Part shown: positions 23,531 through 37,565 of the stretch, piece after piece | Layout: each line of letters begins with the position of its first letter | Position numbering within the stretch: position 1 is the first letter of the stretch | Source: Takakia lepidozioides | Taxonomy: Eukaryota > Plantae > Bryophyta | DNA length: 64,000 nucleotides | NCBI GenBank assembly: GCA_030704615.1 | Contig: CM060731.1 | Location: 86,800,001-86,864,000 of the forward strand | Direction of reading: 5' to 3' | Translations under genes and position numbers: made by a program | Notes under the pieces: generated by a model | The model's input: only the letters and a program-made list of their open reading frames with translations | What the model was told of the DNA's origin: nothing | The model's database searches: none

Positions 23531-26500
23531 TTACTGATTGCGATTAGCAAACCTTTGTGAGTGAGCACCTTTCTTACGTTGAGAGTTTCGTGGCGGACTG
23601 TGTGTACGAGCCCGAGGTCTGTCACTGGTTGACGGAGATGTTTGAACACTACCAGGATAAGTGAGGCCCTCTGGAGGCTGATATCGAGGTAACCTTTCAG
23701 GCATAGGAGACCCCCGTCGCTTCTTCTCTGCCATCTGAATTGCATAGTCTTCTCCCATGTCAAAAGAATCCGCTGAAGAAACAATTGTATCAGAATCCTC
23801 ATCGCCTCTCAGGTGTTTTTATTGTCGAACTTTTTGTGGAATCCTCTGGGCCATACAATGTTGTCCTACCATGTCTGGAAGTTTATATTTTACAACTTGC
23901 TGTAAACGCTGAACAGCAAAATTGGTGAAGACACTGAGCTCCTTGTCAGTCCAGGTGAGTGGGGTACCAATTACTTGTGCACCGTGCAAGTATTTCCATG
24001 CCACATGTCCCTTATAGAAAATATCATCAATGCCGAAATTCTGTGTTGACAAATCGTTCCAGGCCGCTTGAAACCATGAACGAATTTGAGAATCCTTTTG
24101 CATCATAACTTTTGCCTCATATAGGTACATATGAGGTGGCACTGAAGGTAAGATCCAATGATCCCCACTGGAATAACTCAGAAAGCGCGCTTGCATCTTG
24201 TGCTGCTCAATGTGATAACGTACCAAAAAACAAGCAGCGTAGTATAACCCGCATCCCATGACAATACTTGCTACCTCCTTGGTCTTGGTATAAATGAATC
24301 CATGTACAACTTGGAAGGCAATTAATTCCTTCAACATTGTACTTGCCTCATGCCAGTATTGTGCAAAGTGATGATCCTCAATATGTCGATTGTTCGGAAG
24401 AACTTTAGTCCTAGTTGCCACTGGCAGCCAAATACGCATGATTTGATAGTAATGTGCGAATGACTGCGGAGGACTAAATTCTTTCCAAGTTAAATCCAAC
24501 ATGATGGGAATTTGGTTGAAGGGCATAATCATAGCCCTACTGTACTCCCTTGCAGCTGGAGTTTTAGGTGGGTTAAAAGCAGCATTGCCCCATACCTCAG
24601 GCTGTGGTGGCTGTGGTGTGGTTGTAGTAACAACAGGTTCAGCTACTGGTACAATGACTTGTGGTGGTGTTGGTGGTACTGGCTCTTGTATCATTGGCAT
24701 CTCCTGCACCTCTTGTGAAGACTGAAAAGCCAAAATTCTGGCTTGTAAATAAGAAGTCATTAGCTGTTCCTGAGGGATATAGACTCTTTTGTCGATATTT
24801 GAAGTGAGGTCCTCCACTTGAGTCTGCAGTCCGTCTACATCCTCCTGTAACTCTGCTATCCTACTACAGACAATGTCTATAGTAGTTGTGGCAATGTTCT
24901 GCACTTGCAGTCTGAGCTCATTCATCTCGCTTTGGGTGAGCTTTCGTGGTGCTTTGCCCTCCACTGGCCCTTGTGCTAACCAGACCTGCATAAGGCTGTT
25001 ATCCACCAAGTTGCTTGTGGTTCCTCTGAGAGTGTGCTCCTCTCTGAGTTTGTACACTTCTAACTGCTGTTGTAAAGCCTCCATGCGCTTCATGAGGTTC
25101 AACCAAATTCGCATAGGCAGCAAGTAGATTATTAGCTTCCTTCCAAGCCTTGTTAGTGACCGAGATTTCATTTCTATTGGCCACGAGCGTTTGTTGCAAC
25201 TCCAGGATGTACTTCTCTTGATCAGCTTCAATCTGCTTGTATTGCTTGAAAGTATCCTCATTGCGACAAATTGTATTCTTCATATCGACAATGAGTTTCA
25301 TTTGCTCAACATTCTCTGCTTCTGCCTTTGTACATTTTTCCGCTTGACTGTTTATTTCTTTTGTAGATTGGTCAGTGAATGTAGCACATTGTATCGCCAT
25401 CCTGTCATGCACTGTCTGCAACTCCGTATGTAGTGCATTCACTTCTTGCAACTTGGTTTTATGCTGCACCTGTATTTGGTATAGCTGTTGCTTATGTGCT
25501 TCGTGCAACTGGTCTTGCGAGGCCTGCCTCAATCAATTGTTCCTTGGCCAATTGCAAAGCCGCTTCTTATTTTCCAAGTCTGCTGCATCTTGAGAGTGAC
25601 CTCTTCATCGACCTTGTTTGCACACTCAGTGGCTAGTCGAGCCTCAAACTCCTTCCTGAGTTCCTCTCTCAAGGCTGTCAATTGGGTAGTTGGAACATGG
25701 GATTTGACATAAGTCCCCAACAAATTAAGTGTCTTGCCTATGGAACTCATCAGCATTGCCTGTTGAGGGTCATCATGGTGAGGTTGCTGCTGTTCCTCCT
25801 GATCCTCAACCGTGTGATGTCTCACGAACCACTCAGGCCATTGTCCCACCGGATTTTCTTCCTGAACCACTTCATCCATCACCGGTGCTGCAGTGTCTTG
25901 ACATTCTACCTGTGGTACCTCCGACACAGGTGTGTGTATTATATGCACCTCAGGATTTCCCTTGGGCAATTGTGCACCTCTGGAATCTCTGTCTCCTTGA
26001 CCAGACCAGAATATTCATAGAGAAGGTCCCCTTTTTCAATTTCTGCCACTATATGTTCTGTAGTTGGAATATCTAACCCTTTTTTCCAACTCAATTATTT
26101 CTGGTTGAGCTGCATGGACAACTTGTAACCTTGTGACAAGCCGATCAGCTGGCTGTGATGGCTGTGATACTGAAGTAACTTCCTCTTCCCTCTCTGAAGG
26201 TCTTGCTTCCAGTAATAGCAGTTTTCTGTGCTGCTGTGCCCCTTCCTGCACATGAGCTTGGGAAACATTATCATGCGGAATCCGTGAAGCCAGTGGATCC
26301 GCCACTACAGTCTTTCCCCGTCTCTGCCTCTTAGTCTCGGGTTGCCCTGCTAGTCCACCCTCACTGTGTGAAGAGCCTTGCTCTTCCATTGCAGTGGTTT
26401 TCTGGCTCAAACACTCCCATCTCCTTTCTTTCTTGCACATCAAGTATGCCAGAATCAAGAATTATTTGAGCAATGATTGGGCCAGACACTATGATAGGAG

Positions 26501-27066
26501 ACTTTGCGGTAGTACCTTGTAATCTTTTCATCTCCTCTACCAGTGCGTTGTACATTATGTCCGCCCATTCTACCTCTTGTCCTTTCAAGGCTTTGAGTAT
26601 TTCCTCCGTGAAGGATCTGCTCAAATACTGTTGGTTCTGTTTCATGGCAATCAGAACGTTCAATACCTGGCCTACCTCCTTTAGCCCTGGGTACACGGCC
26701 TTGGTACAAGCATAACCCTGAGTTTTAAAGAAACTCCCTTCTTGGAATAAGTCCCCTATTTGCAGTCTTGCCCTGTGCTCCTCCACATGCACCTGACCTG
26801 CTGGCAATCGAAACAATTGCTGGAGGTATAGGGGAGTAATTACTAATTCAAACTCCCTTCACCGTTGTTGTTCCTGTCCTTGGCTCAAAGTTCTGCAAGA
26901 ATTGTAACATGTACTGTCTATGGTGCAATGTCCAATCTATGCTTTGCAATCCTTGCAATCTCAGCTCCTTCAGTATCTGTATCGCCTGTGGGGTAGCAAT
27001 CGTTTGTTTCTGCAGAATTGTGGTGCTCTTCACCCTGATTTCCTCCATTCCTCTCACTCTCTTCAT
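23531..27066 (-). pseudogene. Long extra sense ORF after pol (env-position), coiled-coil rich, fragmented
   Basis: Collinear ORF pieces from MKRVRGMEEIRVK to RFANRNQ*, conserved in G2 and G3. Confidence 0.7.
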
Positions 27067-27769
27067 TTTAGACCCACAGAAATGTTTTGGCTGTAACAAC
27101 TGCAGAAATGCCTGTAGTGCACAAAGCATAAACGTATGGTTGCCACAAAAAGCTATGGGTAATTTCTTGTAAGCCTGTGGGAGCTTGCAAGCATCAATCA
27201 AGAGAAAAACTCCGCTCTGTTCTTTCGTGTCTATGCCACTGCGTAAGTAATATTGCGAGCGTATAGTGTTAGTTCCTCCATAGTTTCCAAGCTATAGCAT
27301 TGATGGTCTGTCCCGTCGAGACGCCCGTTACTCAGAACGACGCCGCTCTTGCGCTTAATTTCCCTCCAATTTCTTGATCCTTTCTCTGGCTTTCTATTGG
27401 CTGTAACCGCTGTGACTGGATTTTAGATTTCATTTTCTTTAGTGGACTTTCCCTGCTGGATAGTCCACTAGGATCACACATGTGACAAGAATTTCGCTTT
27501 TCTGTACTTGCCGTTTGTTCCGTTCCCCTTTTTCCGTATTCATTAATGGGCCCGCATCCAATTTGACGCGTTGATTAGGTATTTTGACGGCCATTCTTGT
27601 CCTCTTTCTTGATGACACCTGTTCTTGCACTTCTTCTCAGCTGTGTGTCGCGCCCTGACTTCCACGTGTCTATTTTTTAAACTGGTTTCCGTTCTTTCTT
27701 CCATCAGCCATTTTCCTGAAGTTATTGTGCGTCCACCTGTCACTGATTCTATGGATCGTGTAACCCTAG

Positions 27770-28015
27770 TAGGCTGTGTTGAGCTGTGACAGGCTGTGTC
27801 ATACTGTGTGGTACGCTGTGATAGGCTGTGATGCACTGTGGTAAGCTGTGATAGGCTGTGACACGCGGTGGTAGGTTGTGATAGGCTGTGTTGCGCCGTG
27901 CTGGGTGTGTGATAGGCTGTGTCACGTTGTGATGGGTTTGGGATAGGCTATGTGTTGCATCGTGATGGGCTTGTGATAGGAATGTGTCATGTTGTGATGG
28001 GCTGTGATGGCGTGT
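27770..28015. repeat. GGCTGTGAT(A)-type degenerate tandem repeat between pol and the extra ORF
   Basis: Repeated (T)AGGCTGTG / GCTGTGAT units. Counterpart at 37230-37565. Confidence 0.8.
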
Positions 28016-28019
28016 CGTT

Positions 28020-31000
28020 TTCCGCCCGCCCTGGTCATATATGCTTGGCCTAGCGACAAGTGCTCCATACTCCGTTGGTAAAACACTGTGCAGCCAGTGG
28101 TGACTGCTCTTGCGTTTCAACATGCAAATCATGCTGTAATGGTTTGTCATGGATACCACTGTATCATTTTCATATTGGCATGACTCTTCCCAGCATATTT
28201 CTTTGTTAATGGTTTGTAACATGGCGGTGTGGTTATCATACATCTTTTGTATGACATAAGGTCCTTTCCATGGTGATTTAAGCTTAGAAGCTTTAATCTT
28301 CCCTTTCTTCTGCAACCATAGAACCAAATCCCCGTCTTAAAAGTCTTTAACTTGCCTTCATCAAAACTGTTCCTTTCTCTTCATCTGAATTCTGGTCATA
28401 TATCAGCTGCATCAGCATGTACTTCTTCCACATGGTATAATTCATGTTTCCTGACCTTAATGGAATCTTGCAATTCCATTCTCTTTCCCCACTCCGTTTC
28501 ATGGTAGGTAACAGGAATCCACTGGAAGTAAGGCTCCATACCATAAACTAATTGGAATGGTGTATACTAGTGGTGACTTTATATGAAGTCCTGTATGACC
28601 ACAAAGTGCTCAGCAGCTTGTATCCCAATCCGTTCTGTTTGCATTGACTATCTTAGCCAAGATAGTACATAGTATTTTGTTGGTAGCCTCTGCCTGCCCA
28701 TTACCCTGTGGGTAATATGTGTACTCTTTCTATGCACAATCATGAATCTTAGTCTAGTCAACAACTCAATGGTCTCATTCATGAAGTGACTTCCCTGATC
28801 ACTGATAAATTCTAAGGGACAGCCAAATCGTTTAAGTATGTTCTCATACAGGAACCTTGCTGTGGACTTGGCTGTGTTGTCCCTCAAAGCTTTAGCTTCC
28901 ACCCACTTCGTAGTATAATCAGTGGCTGTAATTATGTACCTGTTCCGTATGTATCTTGGCTGGTGGGTTAATTGGTCCAACAAAGTCTAGTCCCCATTTC
29001 TGAAATGTTCCGTAGGCATTGTAGGATGCAAGGCCATCCTTCCAGATCTCTGCAAAGGTCCTAGCCTCTGACATTCATCACAACTCTGACAATACTGTGT
29101 ACATCTTTGAACAAAGTAGGCCACCAGAACCTGCGAGTAGTATCTCCTACTGGTAGTCTCTTCTCCAAATGACCTCCAGCCACTCCTTTATGAACTTCCT
29201 CCAAAACTTATTTACTTCATGGTGGTAAAAGCATCGTTTTAGTACTCCATATGTCCTAGCTTATACATTCTGCTTCCTACCATAGTATAAGGTAAAGCTT
29301 GATAGCGATTCTCTTCCTTGCTCCTTACCATAACTAGGTGGGCACTGACCATGAGCAAGGTAGTATCTGATTGGCCACTGCCAATCTAACCAGTCATCTG
29401 CACTTCCCTGCACCTCCACTGCAAATAGACTCGCATCTGGTAAGTGATCATCTATTCCTGTGGCTGGTTCTCCTGTTGATAACCGTGACAAGTGATCCGC
29501 ACAAGATGCAGTCCCCAGGCTTGTAAACAACCTCGAACTCAAACTCGTGCAAGATTATCAACCATCTTGATTCTTCCGCTTATCAAAGGTGTTTACCAGG
29601 ATATCAGAGCCTGGTGATCCACATAGAACATAACTTCTTGCCCAACAGGTAATGCCTAAATTTCTTCACTGCATAGATCATTGCCAATGCTTCTCTTTCC
29701 GTTGTGCTATAGTTCCTTTCAGCACTGTTCATCAACCGCTAGCATAGTACACAGGTGAATCTATATTTCCTGTAACATTCTGGGCTAACACCGCTCCCAA
29801 CGCTTCCCTGATGCATCGCAGTGAACATGAAATACTACATGCCAGTGAGGGTTAATAGCACAGGTGTAGTTGTTACTGACAGGTAAGTTCCTCAAACGCC
29901 TGTTGACATTCAGCTATCCAGGAAAAACACTGCATCTTTCTTCAGAAGCTGCTCAATGGTGCTGCTATTTGTGCATACTTTTGACAAATCTGTAATAACT
30001 GATGGTTTGCCCAAGGAATCTCCTTAGACTCTTAACATTCACTGGGGTGGAGAGGTTTAATGGACTCTGTCTTCTGGGATCCCAAGAAGTCCTTCTTACA
30101 CACAATGTGTCCCAGAAGCACCCTGAGTTCACACAGAAAGTACACTTCTCTGGATTCAGGCCCAGCCCTCTCATCCTGCATCTGGCCAGACTAACTCCAA
30201 TTTATGCAAGTGCTCATTTTAGAGCTGTACACACTGAAATCATCAAGATACCTGCAGAAATCATCCAGATACTCATGAAAAGATTCACTTATCACTCTCT
30301 GAAAGGTCGCTGGTGCATTACAAAGTCCAAAGGGCATGACTTTGTATGCATAAGCACCCCGTCTGTGATGAAAGCTGTTTTTCCTTGGTCTTCTTCTGCC
30401 ACTTGCACTTGATTATAACACATGAAACCATCCATGAATGAGTACATCTCATGGCTGCACAGTGTCTAATACTGCTTCTGAATGGCAAAGGGAAAGGATC
30501 TTTCTTCGTACAAGCATTCAGCTTCTTGTAGTCCATACAAACTCTTAGTTTACCATTCTTCTTGGGAACTATAACAATGGGTGACAACCAAGTTGTATAC
30601 TCTATTGGTATATAAAACTAGCCTCAGCCAATTCTTAATCTTCTCCAACCTTCTGTGCGTAGTTGGGATTCATTCTGTACCTCGCCTGCTTGATTGGTAC
30701 TGACCTGGTTCCAGTTCAATCTTAGCTGACAGACTTCAGGTGGTATCCCCTTTTGGATCTCATAGCTCCAAGCAAATACATCTCGTGTATTTGATGAACA
30801 AGTTTTAGCTTCTTCAAAGAATTCGGCCCAAATCAGCTCCTACTTTCACCATCCTCGGTTCCTCTTTAGTTCCCACATTCACTTCCCCTCACTGGCTATC
30901 AGGTGTGATTGTCCAACCAGTCACCACTTCATCCGTAAGCTCACAGTGGCTGGTTCCTCTAGGATTTCCATTTTCCTTCTCTTTTTCATAGAAATGTGAT

Positions 31001-34000
31001 GGGTAACTGCTGGTTTCCTCTTCAGTTGGTGGTGCTGTCACTACACCACAGCAGATACCTCTTAAACACTTAGGCTTTCAGCCGCATCTCTGCAACCTGC
31101 TCCCACTCTGGGTGTTGCAGCAAATAGGGTAGCTTCCTGCTCCTCATCCAGTCCTCCTTCCGTCATACTCTCTGACTCCTCGAGGTCTTCTTGTAGCAGG
31201 TATCTACTAGATTTTTGTGGTAATTTGTATCTCGTGTATCCATTATGCACGGTTAGAAAATGAGAATTCCAGTCATGGATACCCTGGCCTGTTTCAGCCA
31301 CGGACGTACCAATAATAAGGAGTAAGCCTCCATACTTCATCATCTTCAACACAGTTACTGTGATCATCAAGATCATCTTTGTATCTGTATCTTAACTCCT
31401 CTTATTAATCCCAATGGCTGTACACTCTTTGATCTGCCATTGTTACTGTAAAGGGGCTGGTTTCATGTTACTTAGACAAGCTTCTTCTTAATTGGTCTGT
31501 CATGATATTTACTCCAGAACCTCATCTATCAGTACATCGTTAGTTCTGTGCTTCCAATTCTCAATTGGATTACTGCACATAGAATCACAAAGTCCATGGA
31601 GTTCTCGCCCTTCCGGCTTCACATTATAACTGGTCACCTTGCTGTTCAGGTCTGTGTTTCCTGTCTCCTGGGCAATTCGATGATGCTTGATACAGCTTGT
31701 GCCTACAATAAGGTGCCACAGCCAATAGCTCCAATGGTAATTTCTGCTTTCTGGCTATATACTTCAGCCAAAGTCTCTTCATTACTTGATGTCTGCATCT
31801 TCTTTCTTCCTTTCATCCTCACTTCCTTCCTTCTCCATCAGAATCAGAGGAATCTGCAACGGAAGATCAGTACTCTTCTGCATTCCCTTATGGTATCTGC
31901 CACTTCCTTGTGCAGTTCCTTCTCATCTCTCCAAGCCTCATCATCTTAGGCATATCAGTGCCACCTCATTATCATATTATTCCTATACTACTGGAGGTAT
32001 TAGTTGGCTTTACTTCTTGTTACTATCATTGTACTTACTTCTGGTACAACACATGGCCTAACCATGTGAGCTGCCACCACTGGGCTCATTCACAGGAGCT
32101 CTCATCTCATTCTGGTGTCTAATCCAGAATGAACAGGCTGCCTTGCGATGTCCTGGCTGATTACAATAGTAACATAGTTCTTCACCATTGGGTCCTCGCC
32201 TTGGTCTGTTCTATTGATTATTTCGTAATCTGAGTCAGGGTGGTAATTCCCCCTTGGTTACCATGATAGTGCCTATGGAATTTCTTGGTAAATTCCTCTT
32301 GAATTACCTCTCCCTTCCATGCCATTGTTTAACCACCAGACCTACCATAGTGGTCTGATCATTGTTCTTCTGGCTGGGGCTGCAACTGATGCACCCTTAC
32401 TTGCCTAGGTTCTCTGAGACTGTCCTTCTGTTTGTAGTAACAATTCTCAGTAGAATGGTTATCCATTTACAGATAGAAGGGTACTTCTCCTTCATGTGGC
32501 CATCTGTGGTGGTATGGCTTCATTCTGGCACTTTGCCACACCATACACCCTTCCTCCAATGTGTTGCGCCTCTGTGGCAATGCTTCAAGATTTCTTCCAA
32601 TCTATTTTAATAGTTATCCCTCTTCAACTTCTCCTTTCTCTTACTTTTCCTTTTAGTTTTCTTGCTCTTCTTCTTCATCTGACTCATCCTCAGCGTCTCA
32701 TTCATCCCTTTCTCTCTCTGAGCATTCCAATTGCTCAATTCGCTTCTGCCAGTTTCAAATGCCTCCTCCACTGTATTATGGGGTAACATATCCACTTTCT
32801 TTTGCAACTCTGGTCTTAGTCCACTCACAAACCAAGTCTTATGGTAAAACGGGTGTGGTACTGCAGCCAGCTTTTCATCATCAATCCATCTTTTTCCATA
32901 TACTCCTCAACAGTTTTCATGCTTCTTTTGCGTTAACTGTTGTAAACTTCCATACACTTCATCTCAGTTTTACTTGTCCGGAACTATTTGAAATGTTGTA
33001 TTAAAGCCATTCAGGTTCGGAAATGATTATCAGGGAATCTTGAAACATACCATTCACTTGCGTTCTTGATAAGTGAACAAGGAAACAATCTCATCTTGGC
33101 CTCATCGCCATTCTCATTGTTCACTTATACACATGTGCTTTCAAATTGGCTAAATGTGACATCGGGATCCCCTGTTCATGAATATATTGAAAGGTGGTTT
33201 TGCCCGTGTTGGTTGTAATACCATCTGTGGCCCTACCTTCTGCCCACTGACAGGTGCTGGCACCCTTGCTGGTGCCTGTCCTTCTGGACCGGTGTTTGTG
33301 GTGGATATTCCACCAAGTGGTGGCCCTTGAGCACTCTGCTTTCGGCCCCACTTTTTGATATTCACAGTATCCAGCTTCAGTTGCACACTATTCCCACACT
33401 CCTGGCCCCCCAGAGCCAGATCCAGGCAGCCGCCTGATCCCCCTGAGCCGACACCTTCGTGGCGGTGATGGTGAGCCAAGTGCTCCCCTTGATCCAGGCC
33501 AACGGGGGTGGATGTCCTGGTTGTAGTCTCAACCTCAGCTGTTGGGTCTACTTCTCATATTCTTCCTCTTCAAAGTCTTCTCTATGTTTTCATCTCCAAG
33601 TTTCTCCTTGGGTTTCTTCTTCACTCATGTAACTCAACTTTGTAATGGTGTTTGTTGGAGCGTCTGGGACTCTCGTGGCTCTGCCAATCCTCATCTCCTT
33701 TTCTTCACCTTCGCGTCTGAAACTGGAGTTCTGCTTTGGTGTTCCATGCCACCTCTTATCAAAGATTCTCTGTCAAAATCTTATCCCGGGATTGTACCTC
33801 AGATCTTTCACCTCGTGATTGATTCTTCTTCCTGTACCAATTCCCTTATCTTTTTGCATAAGAAACAGAAGGAGTGGCATACAACTTAGTTCTCCGGTAT
33901 GGGTGATGTACTCTTGATCTTAATGGTGTGAGAGGTCCAAGATGATTCCCTATGTCTATCTCTCTTCCCCAAAGATATGGCTATTAGCTTTTTCAGATAG

Positions 34001-34205
34001 CTTTCTCTTTTTGTTGAATATCTCTGCGTCTAGCTCTCTTTCCTCACTCATGTCACATGTTTTCATTTTCTTAATGTGGCAATAACCAAAACTCTCTTCC
34101 TGTAATATCTCTCGTATATGCCTGGGATTCTTTCAAGCTTTCAATGCACCCTTGGCATTACTGAGTCTCCGTTACCATCTAACCATATGGCAAACAAGTC
34201 TGGAA
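28020..34205 (-). pseudogene. gag-pol of G1, heavily frameshifted
   Basis: INT ([19 protein letters not shown]), RH, RT (SPIVIVPKKNGKLRVCMDYKKLN, KDPFPLP) and gag remnants. Confidence 0.9.
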
Positions 34206-34705
34206 NNNNNNNNNNNNNNNNNNNNNNNNNNNNNNNNNNNNNNNNNNNNNNNNNNNNNNNNNNNNNNNNNNNNNNNNNNNNNNNNNNNNNNNNNNNNNNN
34301 NNNNNNNNNNNNNNNNNNNNNNNNNNNNNNNNNNNNNNNNNNNNNNNNNNNNNNNNNNNNNNNNNNNNNNNNNNNNNNNNNNNNNNNNNNNNNNNNNNNN
34401 NNNNNNNNNNNNNNNNNNNNNNNNNNNNNNNNNNNNNNNNNNNNNNNNNNNNNNNNNNNNNNNNNNNNNNNNNNNNNNNNNNNNNNNNNNNNNNNNNNNN
34501 NNNNNNNNNNNNNNNNNNNNNNNNNNNNNNNNNNNNNNNNNNNNNNNNNNNNNNNNNNNNNNNNNNNNNNNNNNNNNNNNNNNNNNNNNNNNNNNNNNNN
34601 NNNNNNNNNNNNNNNNNNNNNNNNNNNNNNNNNNNNNNNNNNNNNNNNNNNNNNNNNNNNNNNNNNNNNNNNNNNNNNNNNNNNNNNNNNNNNNNNNNNN
34701 NNNNN
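34206..34705. other. Assembly gap (500 N)
   Basis: Run of N. Confidence 1.
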
Positions 34706-37229
34706 CAGCTTCCATTTGCCTGTATTGCTTGAAAGTATGCTCATTGCGACAGATTGTATTCTTCATATCGACAATGAGCTTCAATTGCTCAACATTCTCC
34801 TCTTCTGCCTTCGTACATTTTCCGCTTGACTGTTTATTTCTTTTTAGATTGTTCAAGCATAGTTGTGAATGTAGGCACATTGTATCGCCATCCTGTTATG
34901 CACTGTCTGCAACTCCGTATGTAGTTCATTCAGTTCTGGCAACTTGCTTTCCATGCTGCACCTGCATTTGGTAGAGCTGTTGCTTATGTGCTTCGTGCAA
35001 CTGGTCTGCGCGAGGCCTGCCTCAATCAATTGTTCCTTGGCCAATTGCAAAGCCGCTTCCTGTATTTCCCAAGTCCTGCTTCATCTTGAGAGTGACCTCT
35101 TCATCGACCTTGTTTGCACACTCAGTGGCTAGTCGAGCCTCGAACTCCTTCCTGATTTCCTCTATTCAAGTCAAGGCTGTCAATTGGGTATGGGAACTGG
35201 GATTTGACATAAGTCCCCAACAAATTAAGTGTCCTGCCTATGGAACTCATCATCATCATTGCCTTTTGAGGGTCATCATGGTGAGGTTGCTGCTGTTCCT
35301 CCTGATCTTCAACAGTGTGATGTCTCACGAACCATTCAGGCCATTGTCCCACCGATTTTCTTCCTGAACCACTTCAACTATCACCGGTGCTACAGTGTCA
35401 TGACTTCCGCCTGTGGTACCTCCGACACAGGTGTGTGTCTTATATGCACCTCAGGATTTCCCTTGGGCAACTGTTGCACCTCTGGGATCTCTGTCTCCTT
35501 GACAGACCAGAATATTCATAGAGAAGGTCCCCTTTCTCATTTCTGCCACTATCTGTTCTGTAGTTGGAATATCTATCCCTTCACTTTCCAAATCAATGGA
35601 TAACTTTGACCCTTGTGACAAGTCGGTCAAGTGGCTGTGATGGTTGTGATACAGAAGTAACTTCCTCCTCCCTCTCTGAAGGTCCTGCCTTCCAGTATAG
35701 CATTTGTCTGTGCTGCTGTGCCCCTTCCTGCCATGAGCTGGAAACATTATCATGCGGAATCCGTGAAGCCAGTGGATCCGCCACTACACAGTTTCCCCTC
35801 TCTGCCTCTTAGTCTCGGTTGTGCTGCTAGTCCCCCCTCACTGTGTGAAGAGCTTGCTCTTCCATTGCAGTTGTTTCTTCTCTGGCTCAAACACTCCACA
35901 TTTCCTTCCTGTCTTGTGCATTAAGTATGCCAGATTAAGGATTATTTGAGCAATGATTGGCCAGACTATGATAGGAGACTTTGCGGTAGTACCTTGTAAT
36001 CTTTTCATCTCCTCCACTAGTGCGTTGTACATTATGTCCGCCCATTGTACCTCTTGTCCCTTCAGGCCTTTGAGTATTTCCTCTGTGAGGATCTGCTCAA
36101 ATATGTTGGTTCTGTTTCAGGGCAATCAGAACGTTCAATATCTGGCCTATCTCTTTTAGCCCTGGGTACACGCTCTTTGGTACACCATAACCTAGAGTTT
36201 TAAAGAACTCCCTCTTGGAATAAGTCCCATATTTTGTAGTCTTGCCCTGTGTTCCTTCACATACATGCCTGACCTGTTGCAATCGAAACAATGCTGGAGG
36301 TATAGGGAGTAATCATTAATTCAACTCCCTTCACCGTTGTTGTTCCTGTCCTTGGCTCAAAGTTCTGCAAAAATTGTAACATGTACTGTCTATGGTGTAA
36401 TGTCCAGATCTAGGCTTTGCAATCCTTCCAATCTCAGCTCTCCAGTATCTTTATCGCCTGTGGGGTAGCCATTGTTTGTTTCTGCAGAATTGTGGTGCTC
36501 TTCACCCTGATTTCCTCCATTCCTCTCACTCCTCTTCATTTTAGACTCACAGAACTGTTTTGGCTGTAACAACTGTAGGAATGTCTGTAGTGCACAAAGC
36601 ATAAACGTATGGTTGTCGCAGAAAGCTATGGGTAATTTCTTGTAAGCCTGCGGGGCTTGCAAGCATCGCTCAAGAGAAAGCTCCGCTCTATCCTTTCGGT
36701 GTCTATGCCACTGCGTAAGTAATATTGCGAGCGTATAGTCTGTTAGTTCCTCCATAGTTTCCAAGTTATAGCATTTATGGCCTGTCCTGTCGAGACGCCC
36801 GTTACTCAGAACGACGCCGCCTCTTGCGCTCAATTTCCCTCCATTTTCTTGATCCTTTCTCTGGTTTTCTATTGGCTGTATCCGCTGTGACTGGATTTTA
36901 AATTTTATCTTCTTTAGTGGACTTCCCTCTTGGATAGTCCACTAGGATCACACATGTGACAAGAATTGCGCTTTTCTGTACTTGCCGTTCGTTTCTGTTT
37001 CCTTTTTCCGTACTCATTAATGGGCCTGGCTTTTCATCCCTTTTGAACGGCCGTTCTTGTCTTCTTCTTTTTGACACCTGTCCTTGCACTTCATTGTCTG
37101 CTGTGTGTCGCGCCCTAACCTCCACGTCTATTTTTAAACTAATTTCCGTTTCCTCTTCCGTCATCCATTTTCCTGAAGTTATTATGTGTCCACCACTTTC
37201 ACTGATTCTATGGATGGTGTAACTTTAGT

Positions 37230-37565
37230 AGGCTTGTGTTGAGCTGTGACAGGCTGTGTCCATACTGTGTTACGCTGTGATAGGCTGTGATGCACGGTGG
37301 TAAGCTGTGATAGGCTGTGACACGCTTGGTAGGTTTTTTGATAGGCTTTGTTGTGTTGCGCCGTGCTGGGCTGTGATAGGCTGTGGGTTGCGCCTTGCTG
37401 GGCTGTGATAGTTGTGTCACGTCGTGATGGGGCTGTGATAGGCTGTGTCCGTCGTGATGGGCTGTGATAGGTGTGTTGCTCTTGCTGGGCAATGATCTGT
37501 TGTTCCCGTGTGATGGGCTGTGATAGGCTGTTTTGCGCCTTGATGGGCTGTGTGATAGGCGGTGT
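37230..37565. repeat. GGCTGTGATA-type tandem repeat in G2
   Basis: Same motif and position as 27770-28015, but longer. Confidence 0.8.

Larger units (their letters stand above)
23493..34205 (-). mobile_element. Ty3/gypsy internal region G1 (gag-PR-RT-RH-INT plus extra ORF)
   Basis: The domain order PR-RT-RH-INT is gypsy-type. No chromodomain seen. Runs into the gap. Confidence 0.92.

Noticed and set aside
34118-34880. ORFs spanning the N run
   Set aside because: Gap artefacts.
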